From: Candidatus Bathyarchaeota archaeon
GTDB taxonomy: Archaea > Thermoproteota > Bathyarchaeia > Bathyarchaeales > Bathycorpusculaceae
Assembly (NCBI GenBank): GCA_963707955.1
Contig: OY970176.1
Span: forward strand, 2,144,001-2,208,000
Reading direction: 5' to 3'
Length of the DNA stretch: 64,000 nucleotides
Each line of letters starts with the position of its first letter. The stretch's first letter is position 1. The notes under the pieces were generated by a model. It was not told where the DNA came from. It ran no database searches and saw only the letters and a list, made by a program, of their open reading frames with translations. Below are positions 9,699 through 19,345 of the stretch, piece after piece. The position numbers and the translations under genes are program-made.

Positions 9699-10651
9699 CT
9701 GTGCCGGTCTTCCATTTGTAAGCCAATTTCTGGTGCCTGCGCGGCGCAGACTTGCGCAGTTTCTCTTGCTTCGGCCATTCTGTAGAACAGCGCCAGCATA
9801 CTTGCGACAAGAGCGTTAGAATTGGTCCAGAGGGCCGCAGTTCTGCTTCTCTTCTTCCTCGCTCTGCCCTCGTCTTGGGATTTTTTACTATAAACAATAA
9901 GAAGTTCTTCTCTGTCTGAGATGATGAAACAGGGCAGTTTGCTTACATCGCCAACGCAACATGAATGGTTTGACCAACCGATCCGTTCACAGAAGAATCT
10001 GCTCTTCAACGAGTCTTCAGTCAGCAGATTGATGCTCACATCGTAAGAGCGCTGCTCGAGATTATCCATGAAATCGCTGCGGTACAGTTGAGCTAGGTAC
10101 TCTTCAGGAGCAAAAATCCGCAGTTCCGTCCGAGTTTTCCCAAGAAGATCGTTGGCTTTTAGAATTACTTGAGATTCGCCTTCGAGTATTTGGAACACTT
10201 CCTTTTTGCTTTTATCGTTTCTTGGCTTTGGCATCGACGACCAAAGCTGGATCAAGTCGGCCTTTTCCTTTTCAAGAAGTTTGAGCCTCGTTTTTTCAGT
10301 TTCCATCAGTCGTTCGATTGCTTTATCAAGAGGCACCGCTGTGAACCTCAACGGTTTTTCGAAAGTTGAGAGCACGATGCCTCTTTTTTCCAAGTCCCGA
10401 AGTGTTCTGTAGGCTTCGGTTCGATGAAGTGATATAGCTTCAGCAATTTCTGCAGCTTTCTTTTCGTCGGCCTTTGCAAGGTAAACGTATGCTCTTATTT
10501 CGTTCTGCGACAGCCCATATCTTGCCAAGGCGTTATGCATAATCTCCAGCTGCTTGTTAGGACCCTTCTCTCTACACACGATCCTCCAAGGGTCTGCCTT
10601 TTCATCATGCACTCTGATGAGGTCGCGCGGTTTCATCATCGATAATGCCAA
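9695..10651 (-). CDS. TrmB-family transcriptional regulator
   Basis: YGLSQNEIRAYVYL..A.EIAEAISLHRTEAYRTLRDLEKRG wHTH, coiled coil and PLD-like effector domain; true start may be downstream, near 10548. Confidence 0.85.
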   Translation of the reverse strand: MALSMMKPRDLIRVHDEKADPWRIVCREKGPNKQLEIMHNALARYGLSQNEIRAYVYLAKADEKKAAEIAEAISLHRTEAYRTLRDLEKRGIVLSTFEKPLRFTAVPLDKAIERLMETEKTRLKLLEKEKADLIQLWSSMPKPRNDKSKKEVFQILEGESQVILKANDLLGKTRTELRIFAPEEYLAQLYRSDFMDNLEQRSYDVSINLLTEDSLKSRFFCERIGWSNHSCCVGDVSKLPCFIISDREELLIVYSKKSQDEGRARKKRSRTAALWTNSNALVASMLALFYRMAEARETAQVCAAQAPEIGLQMEDRHS

Positions 10652-10922
10652 GTTTTCACTTTGCCGTTTTTGAACCGGTTACGAGTTCTGATATACAACA
10701 TACTTTACGCTTATGAATACTGAATCTGAATTGAAGGTTCAGATTGATGAGGGCCCAACATGACCTCTTGATTTGTTGAGTCTTTTTCTGTCTGAATGTA
10801 CATTAACTGTCTGTCACAATGTCTACGCGCGTGTGGTTAAGTCCATTTCCTGTGCATATCTGTGATTTTGCGGCGAAAAAAGGCGGGCGCCTTTCACCGT
10901 TAAGAATATGGAGGGATCTAGC

Positions 10923-10982
10923 ATGAACTGGAAACTAGTTGTCTTGAGAATCTTGCCCTTCGTGTTTTTCATCTTTCCATGA
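10923..10982 (+). CDS. Putative 19-aa hydrophobic micro-peptide (MNWKLVVLRILPFVFFIFP)
   Basis: ATG preceded by GGAGGGA; single hydrophobic stretch; below the ORF-track cutoff. Confidence 0.25.
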   Translation: MNWKLVVLRILPFVFFIFP

Positions 10983-11031
10983 TGTCTTAAACACTAGCGA
11001 AAATGCACCATCATATGGGGAGGTGAACAGG

Positions 11032-11127
11032 ATGAGAAAAGCAAAAAACTGGCTTTATCTGTGCATGATAGTGATGTTTCTTCTGACGTTCCTATCAACC
11101 ACAGGTCTGTTCCTCGGCCAACAGTAG
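11032..11127 (+). CDS. Putative 31-aa single-TM or signal-like peptide (MRKAKNWLYLCMIVMFLLTFLSTTGLFLGQQ)
   Basis: Near-perfect archaeal SD GGGGAGGTGA 5 nt upstream of the ATG; basic N-terminus plus hydrophobic helix. Confidence 0.45.
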   Translation: MRKAKNWLYLCMIVMFLLTFLSTTGLFLGQQ

Positions 11128-11426
11128 CTTGCAGTCGAGTACTGTCCACAATTCCGAGAAAACTGAAAGCTTGGTATGACTCCGAAGCTGTGAGATTCTT
11201 CTTCTTCAGGGAGGAGAATCCAGTTCACCGCGTTGCAGGAGCGATTGGCTTAGGGGAAGCGGTGGCATTGATTAGTGCTGTCGGCATAGGATCAATGGTT
11301 CTTGCGCGGTTTGGACTTGAGATCGTCGGCTACTACAACTTCGCGGGCGGAATACTGTTCTTGACTGCACTCGCCTTCGGCACGCTTGAACTGGCCCACT
11401 ACGTCTTTGATAGACCCGAATTTTAG
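11061..11426 (+). CDS. Hypothetical membrane protein (2 TM); start uncertain
   Basis: The C-terminal ~90 aa carry two hydrophobic helices; the N-terminal part overlaps the 31-aa ORF and is probably not translated. Confidence 0.45.
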   Translation: MHDSDVSSDVPINHRSVPRPTVACSRVLSTIPRKLKAWYDSEAVRFFFFREENPVHRVAGAIGLGEAVALISAVGIGSMVLARFGLEIVGYYNFAGGILFLTALAFGTLELAHYVFDRPEF

Positions 11427-11863
11427 TCTAATTCCCCCGTTTTTTCTAATTTTCGGGCCAAATTTTTTTTCGGCATCGTCATTATCCGTGTTGACCCGTC
11501 TCCTCTGGCAGCAGCCACGGACGGCAAAACACATGCGGAACCGTTCCATTTGTTACCAGAATTACACGTATAGTAAAAGGTGCGTGACGTGCATTTTGAA
11601 TTGTTGCAGCAGTAGCATACTAAAGTGGAATTTGGGACTGGGCTGCTCACGGTTCCGCATGTAGAGTAATCATAGTATTGTCCTGAACAATTCCCCACGA
11701 TTGAACATGGATTTGGCGCGTACGGGTCTTCACTCCGTTGGCGTGCTTCGACGCATTCAACAGCCCTTTCTGCAAGCTCATACGCCCTGATTAGGTCAAG
11801 ATGTCTCCTATGGTTTTCGATGAGGTTGAGGACGAGTTTCTGTACGCAGTCGCCGCAGGCCAA
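11423..11863 (-). CDS. Cys-rich hypothetical protein, possibly of viral origin
   Basis: 146 aa with 12 Cys: N-terminal CxxC plus an amphipathic helix, then a Cys/Ser/Asn/Tyr-rich region ending C..G..WNGS.C. Confidence 0.55.
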   Translation of the reverse strand: MACGDCVQKLVLNLIENHRRHLDLIRAYELAERAVECVEARQRSEDPYAPNPCSIVGNCSGQYYDYSTCGTVSSPVPNSTLVCYCCNNSKCTSRTFYYTCNSGNKWNGSACVLPSVAAARGDGSTRIMTMPKKNLARKLEKTGELD

Positions 11864-12108
11864 GGTTTATGGAACACTACTCCTGAGCATATTCAACGTC
11901 CACGAGCATGTTTGATTCGGCGCTTGCGCTGTAGCAGTCTATTTCTTTTGGCTGACGCCTTATGGCAAGTGTCCCGGTATCTGCTAGAGGATGAGAATAT
12001 GAGACCCCCGGACGTCTTTCTTTTTTTAAGGATGTAAGGAAGCACCTTTCGGAAAACGAACCGTTGAGGTTTCTCTTGTTCATAGAAAAAGTGCCAAAAC
12101 ACAGAGTC

Positions 12109-12279
12109 ATGGAAGACATCAACATCTTGTTTCTTGCATTCTTGCGTGTTGCATGTTTTGCTGTAGGACTAGCAGGTTTCGTCGTCTTGATACAGTACGC
12201 TTTCTTTGGATTTCTGTTATACTACGTTGGAGTACTTTTCGTTCTGCTTGAGTTGCAGCACTGCCTCTTCAACAGGTAA
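12109..12279 (+). CDS. Small two-TM hypothetical protein (MEDINILFLAF...)
   Basis: 56 aa, almost entirely hydrophobic; ATG lies within ORF 12064..12279. Confidence 0.45.
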   Translation: MEDINILFLAFLRVACFAVGLAGFVVLIQYAFFGFLLYYVGVLFVLLELQHCLFNR

Positions 12280-12364
12280 CTACGTTAGCTGATTGCGAAG
12301 CAGAAGAGTTGAAAAGTTCTTTTATACTGTGAGCGGTAGAATACTATCCAGTGAGGTATGCGAG

Positions 12365-12748
12365 TTGAAGACTGTGCAATGTCCTCTGTGCAGACTTGAT
12401 TTGAAAAAGGAGAAAATCTACTACGATGACAACTCATTCTTAGTCTTGAGAACCAAGAATTTGAAGGGACACAAGGAGAGAATTATGATAGTGTACAAGC
12501 AGCATGAACACACCATACCCTACAAGGCTTTTGAACGTGCTCTGGACCTGCTTTCTGACATAGGGAAGAAAGTCTTCAGCTATACTCCAAAGTTTGTGAT
12601 AATGGACACGACGTTTGCGACGATAAACGATCATTGGCACCTTGTCGGAACAGATCTCGACCCCAAGAGCAAGGATTTTGACCAGATTCTGGCGACCAAA
12701 TGGATCAAAGTTGTAGACAACACGGTGGAGAAAGAAAGCGAAGCCTAG
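12365..12748 (+). CDS. HIT-like fold protein with Zn-binding CxxC
   Basis: CPLC at the N-terminus, IYYDDN.FLVL, KQH and DHWHLV (HxH); TTG start after GTGAGGT SD. Confidence 0.6.
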   Translation: MKTVQCPLCRLDLKKEKIYYDDNSFLVLRTKNLKGHKERIMIVYKQHEHTIPYKAFERALDLLSDIGKKVFSYTPKFVIMDTTFATINDHWHLVGTDLDPKSKDFDQILATKWIKVVDNTVEKESEA

Positions 12749-13037
12749 CCTGTGAATTGCAAAGATTAAGGTTTAGTCTCCATAAAGCGCGCGAAAACGG
12801 CTTGCTCAGACTGTAAGGGCTAAAAGAACTGCGCGGGCATAATCTCTCCATTGGCCGGAGTTTCTTTCGGAACCATTCACGCCTAATGCCCGCTAAAGCC
12901 ATTAAAGCAAACTAATGTTCAAAGGCGAAGCTAAGCGCGATCCATGATTGCAAGGTATCCGAAGTGCGCTCTGTCAGGCAAAAGTTATATGAAAACGAGT
13001 GTGAAACAGACTCACCATCTAGGAGAGTCAAGTTGAC

Positions 13038-13826
13038 ATGGACATAATTGTATGCGCCAAACATGTTCCAGAGACAGCTGAAGCAGAATTGAAAATCGAC
13101 ACCACAGGAAAAAGCATAGACAAGACGGGCTTGGTCTTCGACATCAACGAGTGGGACGACTACGCACTGGAAGAAGCCGTGCGGATAAAGGAGAAACAGG
13201 GGGGAACGGTCACTGCGATAACACTAGGCGGCGACGACTCTGACAGTACGCTTCGAAAATGCATGGCTCGTGGAGCGGACAAGGCGATAAGGATGACCGA
13301 CCCGAAGTTCAACGGCTCCGACGGCTATGCGGTCGCGAGGATTCTGCACAGCGCAATAAAGAACCTGCATTACGACTTGATCCTGACTGGAATGCAGGCA
13401 GGTGATGACGGAAGCGCAACAGTTGGACCGATACTCGCAGAACTGCTCAATATCCCACACGCGACGATGGTGAAGAAAATCGAGATAGGCACAGGTGTGG
13501 CTAAAGTCAATCGTGAACTTGAAGGAGGCTTGGAAGAGCAGGTTGAAGTTAAACTACCCGCGCTTTTCTCCGTGCAGACGGGGATAAACGAACCCAGGTA
13601 TGTCTCGATAATGGGAATCCGAAAAGCCATGCAGAAAGAGATCAAGGTGATGGCGCTTGCCGACACGGGCTTAACTGAAAACGACGTTGGTCCAGCGGGT
13701 TCATGGACAACTATAGAAAGGATGTATGTTCCACTAGCGGCGAAACAGGCTGAGTTTCTGAAGGGAAGCCCAGAGGAAGTTGCAGCTAAGATTGCTGAGA
13801 TCCTCAAGGCAAGGGGGTTAATTTAA
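13038..13826 (+). CDS. etfB: Electron transfer flavoprotein beta subunit
   Basis: IIVCAKHVPET, INEWDDYALEEA, GMQAGD, RELEGG and NEPRY motifs. Confidence 0.95.
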   Translation: MDIIVCAKHVPETAEAELKIDTTGKSIDKTGLVFDINEWDDYALEEAVRIKEKQGGTVTAITLGGDDSDSTLRKCMARGADKAIRMTDPKFNGSDGYAVARILHSAIKNLHYDLILTGMQAGDDGSATVGPILAELLNIPHATMVKKIEIGTGVAKVNRELEGGLEEQVEVKLPALFSVQTGINEPRYVSIMGIRKAMQKEIKVMALADTGLTENDVGPAGSWTTIERMYVPLAAKQAEFLKGSPEEVAAKIAEILKARGLI

Positions 13827-13827
13827 C

Positions 13828-14823
13828 ATGACAGAGATCTTCGTTTTAGCCGAGCACAGACAGGGACAGATAAGAGACATAACCTTCGAAATGCTCACAA
13901 AAGCCAGAGAACTCTCAGAAAAGACTGGTGCAGAGCTCAACGCCGTTCTGCTGGGAAAAACCGTAAAGGAACACGTCAAAAGTCTGGCAGAATACGCAAA
14001 GAACGTGTTGCTCATTGAAGATTCCAAACTTGAGAACTTCAACTCCGAAGCTTACAGGAAAATCCTCACAACCCTGATCACCGCGCATAAGCCATTACTG
14101 TTGCTAATGGGACACACCTCATATGGCGTCGAACTAGCTCCAAGATTAGCGGCCGGCTTGAACCTACCCCTGGCCACAGACTGCATAGACATAGCTTTTG
14201 AAGGCGGAGGGTTCATGATCACTAGACAGATGTACGGTGGCAAGGTGAACGTCCAGGCCAACATCCGCAAAGCCGAAACTTACATTGCGACCATCCGTCA
14301 GGCAACCTTTACCCCTCAGAAACCGATGCCTCCTGCAAATGGACGAATAACGGAAATTCCCTCAACGCTCACGGAAGAAATACGAGAAAAACGGTTCCTA
14401 CAATACGTTTTGCCGCCTCCAGGCGGAGTTGACATCACAGCTGCAGACAAACTGGTCGGCATCGGCAGGGGAATAAAGGATGCGGCCAACTTGCCAATAA
14501 TGGAAGAGCTTGCAAAAACCCTGGGTGCGGTGCTCTCGTGCTCTCGTCCAATCGTGGACAAAGGTTGGCTACCTACCGGCCGCCAAGTCGGCACGTCTGG
14601 AAAAACTGTGAAGCCCAAGCTCTACATCGCCGTAGGCATAAGCGGCGCCTTCCAACATGTTCTAGGGATGAAAAGCTCAGACCTCATCATAGCCATAAAC
14701 AAGGACCCCAAAGCACCCATCTTCAGCTTCTCGGACTACGGCGTTGTCGACGACCTTTTCAAAGTGGTACCTGCATTGAAAAGCAAAGTATATGAGCTTC
14801 AAACGAAGAAAAAAGGCTCCTAA
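13828..14823 (+). CDS. etfA: Electron transfer flavoprotein alpha subunit
   Basis: RQMYGGK, GRG, CSRPIVD, QVGTSGK, PKLYIAVGISGAFQH and AINKD motifs. Confidence 0.95.
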   Translation: MTEIFVLAEHRQGQIRDITFEMLTKARELSEKTGAELNAVLLGKTVKEHVKSLAEYAKNVLLIEDSKLENFNSEAYRKILTTLITAHKPLLLLMGHTSYGVELAPRLAAGLNLPLATDCIDIAFEGGGFMITRQMYGGKVNVQANIRKAETYIATIRQATFTPQKPMPPANGRITEIPSTLTEEIREKRFLQYVLPPPGGVDITAADKLVGIGRGIKDAANLPIMEELAKTLGAVLSCSRPIVDKGWLPTGRQVGTSGKTVKPKLYIAVGISGAFQHVLGMKSSDLIIAINKDPKAPIFSFSDYGVVDDLFKVVPALKSKVYELQTKKKGS

Positions 14824-14840
14824 ACGGGAGAAAGAGGATT

Positions 14841-15996
14841 ATGGACTTCAGATTGAACGATGAGCAAAAGGAAATTGTGAAGGCTGTCCGAGAATTCTGT
14901 GCGAAGGAGTTCACTCCGGAACTTGCATTGGAGTTGGACCAGAAAGAAGAGTTCCCAATGGCCCTCTATAAGAAGGCTGCGCAGTCTCGGTTTCACTAGC
15001 ATGCGAATACCCCAAGAATATTGTGGACAGGGGTACGGAGTTTTCGAAGATTGCCTCGTGGTTGAGGAGATGTGCCGTGCAGATCCAGGCCTCGGAGTCG
15101 CTGTCTCGCTTGGAAACCTAATGATCCCGGACGTGCTGCTGAAACACGGGAATGAAGAGCAAAAGAAGAAATACATTACGCCCTTGGCAACAGGTGAACA
15201 CATAGCTGCAGCAGCCTTCACAGAACCCGAACATGGCAGTGACATTACACGCATGGATTCAACAGCTATGAAGACAGGCAGCGAGTGGACAATAAACGGT
15301 GCGAAGGAGTTCATAACAAACGCCACAACAGCAGACACTTTCATAATACTGTGCCAGTCAGATCCCAACGTACAACCGTCGCACAGAGGACAAAGCCTAT
15401 TCCTTGCGGAAAAAGGGATGTGTGGCTTGGAGGCAACGAAGCTGCACGGCAAGATGGGCATCAAACCATGCGTCACCGGTTCGCTTTCCATGGCTGAGTT
15501 AAAGGTTCCAGAAGCTAACGTCGTAGGAGAACTGTGCAAGGGCTTCTACTACACTCTTGAACTTTTCGACGGAACCAGAATCACCGTTGCCGCTCAAGCA
15601 GTCGGCATGGCGCAAGGTGCTTTCGAACGGGCCCTAACTTACGCGAAAACGAGGAAACAGTTCGGTCAACCAATAATAAATTTCCAAGGAATAGGCTTCA
15701 AGCTTGCAGAGATGGCGATGAAAATAGAGTCAGCGCGGCTGATGATGTACAAGGCAGCTTGGCTCTACGACAAAGAGAAACCGAACGCTGTAGCAACCTC
15801 AATGGCCAAAGCGTTTGCAAGCAGGGCCGCCATGGAAGTCACAGACGACGCGATCCAGATCTTCGGAGGCTACGGCTACCTAGCCGACTATCACGTCGAA
15901 CGCTATCACAGATGTGCCAAGATAACCGAGATCTACGAAGGAACGAGTGAAATGCAGAAGTACACGATAACGAACTATTTGATGAAACAGCAGTAG
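14841..15996 (+). CDS. Acyl-CoA dehydrogenase; +1 frameshift at 14985 (probable assembly error)
   Basis: MDFRLNDEQ..VREFC joins LGFTS.. when T14985 is removed; FTEPEHGSD, NGAKEFITN, QIFGGYGY and IYEGTSE motifs. Confidence 0.92.
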
Positions 15997-16008
15997 CAAA
16001 CTCACGTT

Positions 16009-16025
16009 CTTTTTGTTCTTTTTCT
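16009..16025 (+). terminator. Oligo-T archaeal terminator after the acyl-CoA dehydrogenase
   Basis: TTCTTTTTGTTCTTTTTCT immediately after the stop codon. Confidence 0.45.
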
Positions 16026-16097
16026 AAACATGGATCACACATTCAAAAGTTTTATTACCCTTCTTCGAGCAATTCATTAAACGTTGGGAGGACCATT

Positions 16098-17288
16098 TTG
16101 GCAGCTGAGAAACTGAAGAAAATGGCAATTATAGGCTCGGGAGCAATGGGCCACGGCATCGCCGAAATGCTTGCAATGACAGGATACGAGGTGACAATGG
16201 TAGACGTAAGCGACGACCTTCTCCAGAAAGGAAAAGAAAAAATCAAGTGGAGCTTGGACAAATTCGTTGAGAAAAAAAGAATAAGACGAGAAGACATCGA
16301 CGCTGCACTGGCAAGAATAAAAACGACGACCAGTTATGAACAAGCCGCTAAGGACATAGACCTAGCCATCGAAGCAGTACCAGAAAAAATGGAACTCAAG
16401 AGGAAAGTCTTTGCCACATTGGACTCAACAGCACCTGCGCATGCAATACTCGCCTCCAACACATCAACGCTGAGCATAACAGAAATGGGCAAGGCAACGA
16501 AGCGCCCGGACAAAGTCGCAGGAATGCACTTCTTTAATCCACCAATGATGATGACACTGATCGAAGTCATCAAAGGAGAAAACACGAGCCAAGAAACGAT
16601 TACCACGCTTTCCGAACTCGCAAAGAAACTCGGAAAAACTCCTATAGTGGTAAGAAAGGACGTGCGAGGCTTCATAGTGAACCGTGTGCTCGGAGCCGTG
16701 TTCAACGAGGCGTTCTGGGCCTACAAGCGGGGAGAAGCGACCAAGGAAGGAATAGACTCTTCGGTCAAGTATACGGGCGGTTTTCCAATGGGGTGGTTTG
16801 AACTGGCAGACTTTGTCGGTCTAGACATAGCCTATGAAGTCGGCAACATTCTGTACGAGGCCTACGGCGAACGCTTCAAGCCATGCTCAGAAGTCGTCGA
16901 CCCCCTCATAAAGGAAAAGAAGTTCGGCCAGAAAACGGGTGTAGGATTCTATGACTGGACGAAGGGCCGACCGGGAATACCCTTCAACCTGTTGGACGAG
17001 TATGACGTGGAAAGGTCCTGGGCAGTTGCTGCAAACGAGGCCGCATGGATCATTCACGATGATGCTGCCAACCCAGAAGACATTGACGCTGGAATGAAAC
17101 TGGGCACGTTCTGGCCTTCAGGTCCATGTGAATACGCAGACCGTATTGGTCTAGACACAGTTGTCAACAAGCTTAAAGAGCTTCATGGCAAGTACAACAT
17201 GGAAATGTACAAGCCGTGTCCACTTCTTGAAGAGTACGTGGGCAAAGGCTGGACTGGGAAGAAAGTTGGAAGGGGGTTCTACAAATGA
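16098..17288 (+). CDS. 3-hydroxyacyl-CoA dehydrogenase (NAD-binding domain plus two C-terminal domains)
   Basis: IGSGAMGHGIA, EAVPE, ASNTS, GMHFFNP and GFIVNR motifs; two PMG/PSGP..AD..GLD repeats ending in GFY. Confidence 0.93.
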   Translation: MAAEKLKKMAIIGSGAMGHGIAEMLAMTGYEVTMVDVSDDLLQKGKEKIKWSLDKFVEKKRIRREDIDAALARIKTTTSYEQAAKDIDLAIEAVPEKMELKRKVFATLDSTAPAHAILASNTSTLSITEMGKATKRPDKVAGMHFFNPPMMMTLIEVIKGENTSQETITTLSELAKKLGKTPIVVRKDVRGFIVNRVLGAVFNEAFWAYKRGEATKEGIDSSVKYTGGFPMGWFELADFVGLDIAYEVGNILYEAYGERFKPCSEVVDPLIKEKKFGQKTGVGFYDWTKGRPGIPFNLLDEYDVERSWAVAANEAAWIIHDDAANPEDIDAGMKLGTFWPSGPCEYADRIGLDTVVNKLKELHGKYNMEMYKPCPLLEEYVGKGWTGKKVGRGFYK

Positions 17289-18439
17289 AGTTTGATTTGA
17301 CAGAAGAACAGTTGCACATCAAAAACGCAGTACGAGAGTTCTGCCAGAAAGAATTCAAACCGGAATTAGCGTTGGAACTCGACAAGAAAGAAGAGTTCCC
17401 AATGGAACTGTACAAGCAAGCAGCCAAACTGGGTTTTACGAGCATGATGTTCCCAGAAGAATACGGTGGACAAGGCTTCGGACTACTTGAAACCTGCATA
17501 GCAATTGAGGAAATGTGCCGCGGAGACTCATCGCTTGGCGTTGCCATCTCAAGCGGAAACTTCGGCAGCGAACTCGTCATGACTCACGGAAGCAAAGAGC
17601 AGAAGGAAAAGTATCTGCCTCCGATATGCAGAGGCGACTTCATGTCTGCAGCGGCGTTCACCGAACCGAACGTCAGCGGAAGCGACATAAACCACATGGA
17701 AACCACAGCCACCAAGTATGGAAACGAATGGTGGATAAACGGACCGAAAACCTTCATCACAAACGCCACGGTTGCAGATTTCATAGTCGTTCTTACACAA
17801 ACAGACACTAAGATCAGGCCTACACACCGTGGCGAAACACTGTTTGTTGTTGACAAGGGAACACCCGGCCTTGAAGCCACGAAACTGCATAACAAGATGG
17901 GAATCAGAGCATCCATAACCGGGGAGCTAAACTTCAGCAACGTCAAAGTGACAGACTGGAACATAATAGGAGAACTGAACAAGGGATTCTACTATTCCAT
18001 GGAGTTCTTCGACAAGACCAGAGTGGGCGTTGCTGCACAAGCCGTTGGCATGGCGCAGGGAGCATGGGAAATCGCCTTCAAGTACGCTAAACAGCGAGAA
18101 GCTTTCGGTATGCCCATAATGCAGCACGAGGCAATAGGAGTCACCTTAGCAGAAATGGCAACAAAGATCGAAGCTGCAAGGTTACTCACCTACAAGGCTG
18201 CAGTTTCGGTTGACGAAGGAAAACTAGATGCTATGGCAACGGCTATGGCCAAGTACTACGCAAGCCACGTTGCAATGGAAGCTACGGACTCCGCAATTCA
18301 AACCTTGGGAGGCTATGGATACTTCGGTGAATACCGCGTTGAAAAATACCACAGAGACGCAAAAATAACTGAAATTTACGAGGGCACAAGCGAGATCCAA
18401 AAGCTGCAAGTACTCAAGTATCTTCTGAGCAAGTATTAG
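17285..18439 (+). CDS. Acyl-CoA dehydrogenase (paralogue of 14841..15996)
   Basis: FTEP..GSD, NGPKTFITN, KMGIRAS, QTLGGYGY and IYEGTSEIQ motifs. Confidence 0.95.
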   Translation: MKFDLTEEQLHIKNAVREFCQKEFKPELALELDKKEEFPMELYKQAAKLGFTSMMFPEEYGGQGFGLLETCIAIEEMCRGDSSLGVAISSGNFGSELVMTHGSKEQKEKYLPPICRGDFMSAAAFTEPNVSGSDINHMETTATKYGNEWWINGPKTFITNATVADFIVVLTQTDTKIRPTHRGETLFVVDKGTPGLEATKLHNKMGIRASITGELNFSNVKVTDWNIIGELNKGFYYSMEFFDKTRVGVAAQAVGMAQGAWEIAFKYAKQREAFGMPIMQHEAIGVTLAEMATKIEAARLLTYKAAVSVDEGKLDAMATAMAKYYASHVAMEATDSAIQTLGGYGYFGEYRVEKYHRDAKITEIYEGTSEIQKLQVLKYLLSKY

Positions 18440-18489
18440 AGGGTTAAGTGAAAAAATCATATATGCAAATGAAACAAACAAGGAAATAG

Positions 18490-19285
18490 GTGAAAAGTGT
18501 GAGCAAAGCATACGAGACCCTCAAAATAGAAAGAGAAGAAAGCACACTGTGGATCATACTGAACAGACCTCAACGCCTCAACGCCTTCAACGCTGTCATG
18601 ATCGAAGAGCTCTTGGACATGCTCAACACGGCAGAAAGCGATCCAAGCATCAAATGCGTCGTGATAACGGGCGAAGGCGACCGCGCCTTCAGCGCGGGCG
18701 CAGACTTAACCATGATGAAAGGAACTCCTGTCTACGCCGAAGAAGCTGCGAGGAAAGGGCAGAAGACTTTTGGAAAGGTTGAAGAAATGTCCAAACCAGT
18801 CATCGCTGCTATAAACGGTTACGCTCTTGGCGGTGGCCTCGAACTTGCAATGGCGTGCGACCTCAGGATAGCGGCCGAACATGCCGAGCTTGGAAATACA
18901 GAGATCAGGTCTGGGCTTGATCCCCGGATGGGGTGGAACGCAGAGACTCGTCAGGATAGTGGGTCTAGCGAGGGCTAAAGAAATGGTGATGCTTGGAAAC
19001 AGGATCAAAGCCGATGAAGCACTGAGAATAGGTCTAGTGCACAAGGTTGTCCACTACGAGAAGCTTAAAGACGAGGTCAGGGCAACAGCTAAGGAGCTTG
19101 CTGAAAGACCCCCGATAGCCATGAAATATGTGAAGCACGCAATGAACTTTGGAACGCAAGTGCCTCTGGAAGCTGGGTTGCGACTGGAAGCAGCACTGTT
19201 CGCCTTGTCATCCTCAACCGAAGATCTCAAAGAAGGCGTAGAAGCTTTCTTCTCCAAACGAAAGGCCGAGTTCAAAGGCAAATAG
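18490..19285 (+). CDS. Enoyl-CoA hydratase (crotonase); +1 frameshift at 18910 (probable assembly error)
   Basis: LNRPQRLNA, AFSAGADL and GGGLELAMACD; removing T18910 restores EIRLGLIPGWGGTQRL; ends KRKAEFKGK. Confidence 0.92.
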
Positions 19286-19345
19286 CTTAAACATCCTTTT
19301 TCTTTCACTTTTGTGCATCGAGTTAGCAAGAAGGGTGTGTTTGGA

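Noticed and set aside
10652-12365. Integron cassette array among the small ORFs
   Set aside because: No paired RYYYAAC/GTTRRRY attC structures, mixed gene orientations and no integrase in the window.
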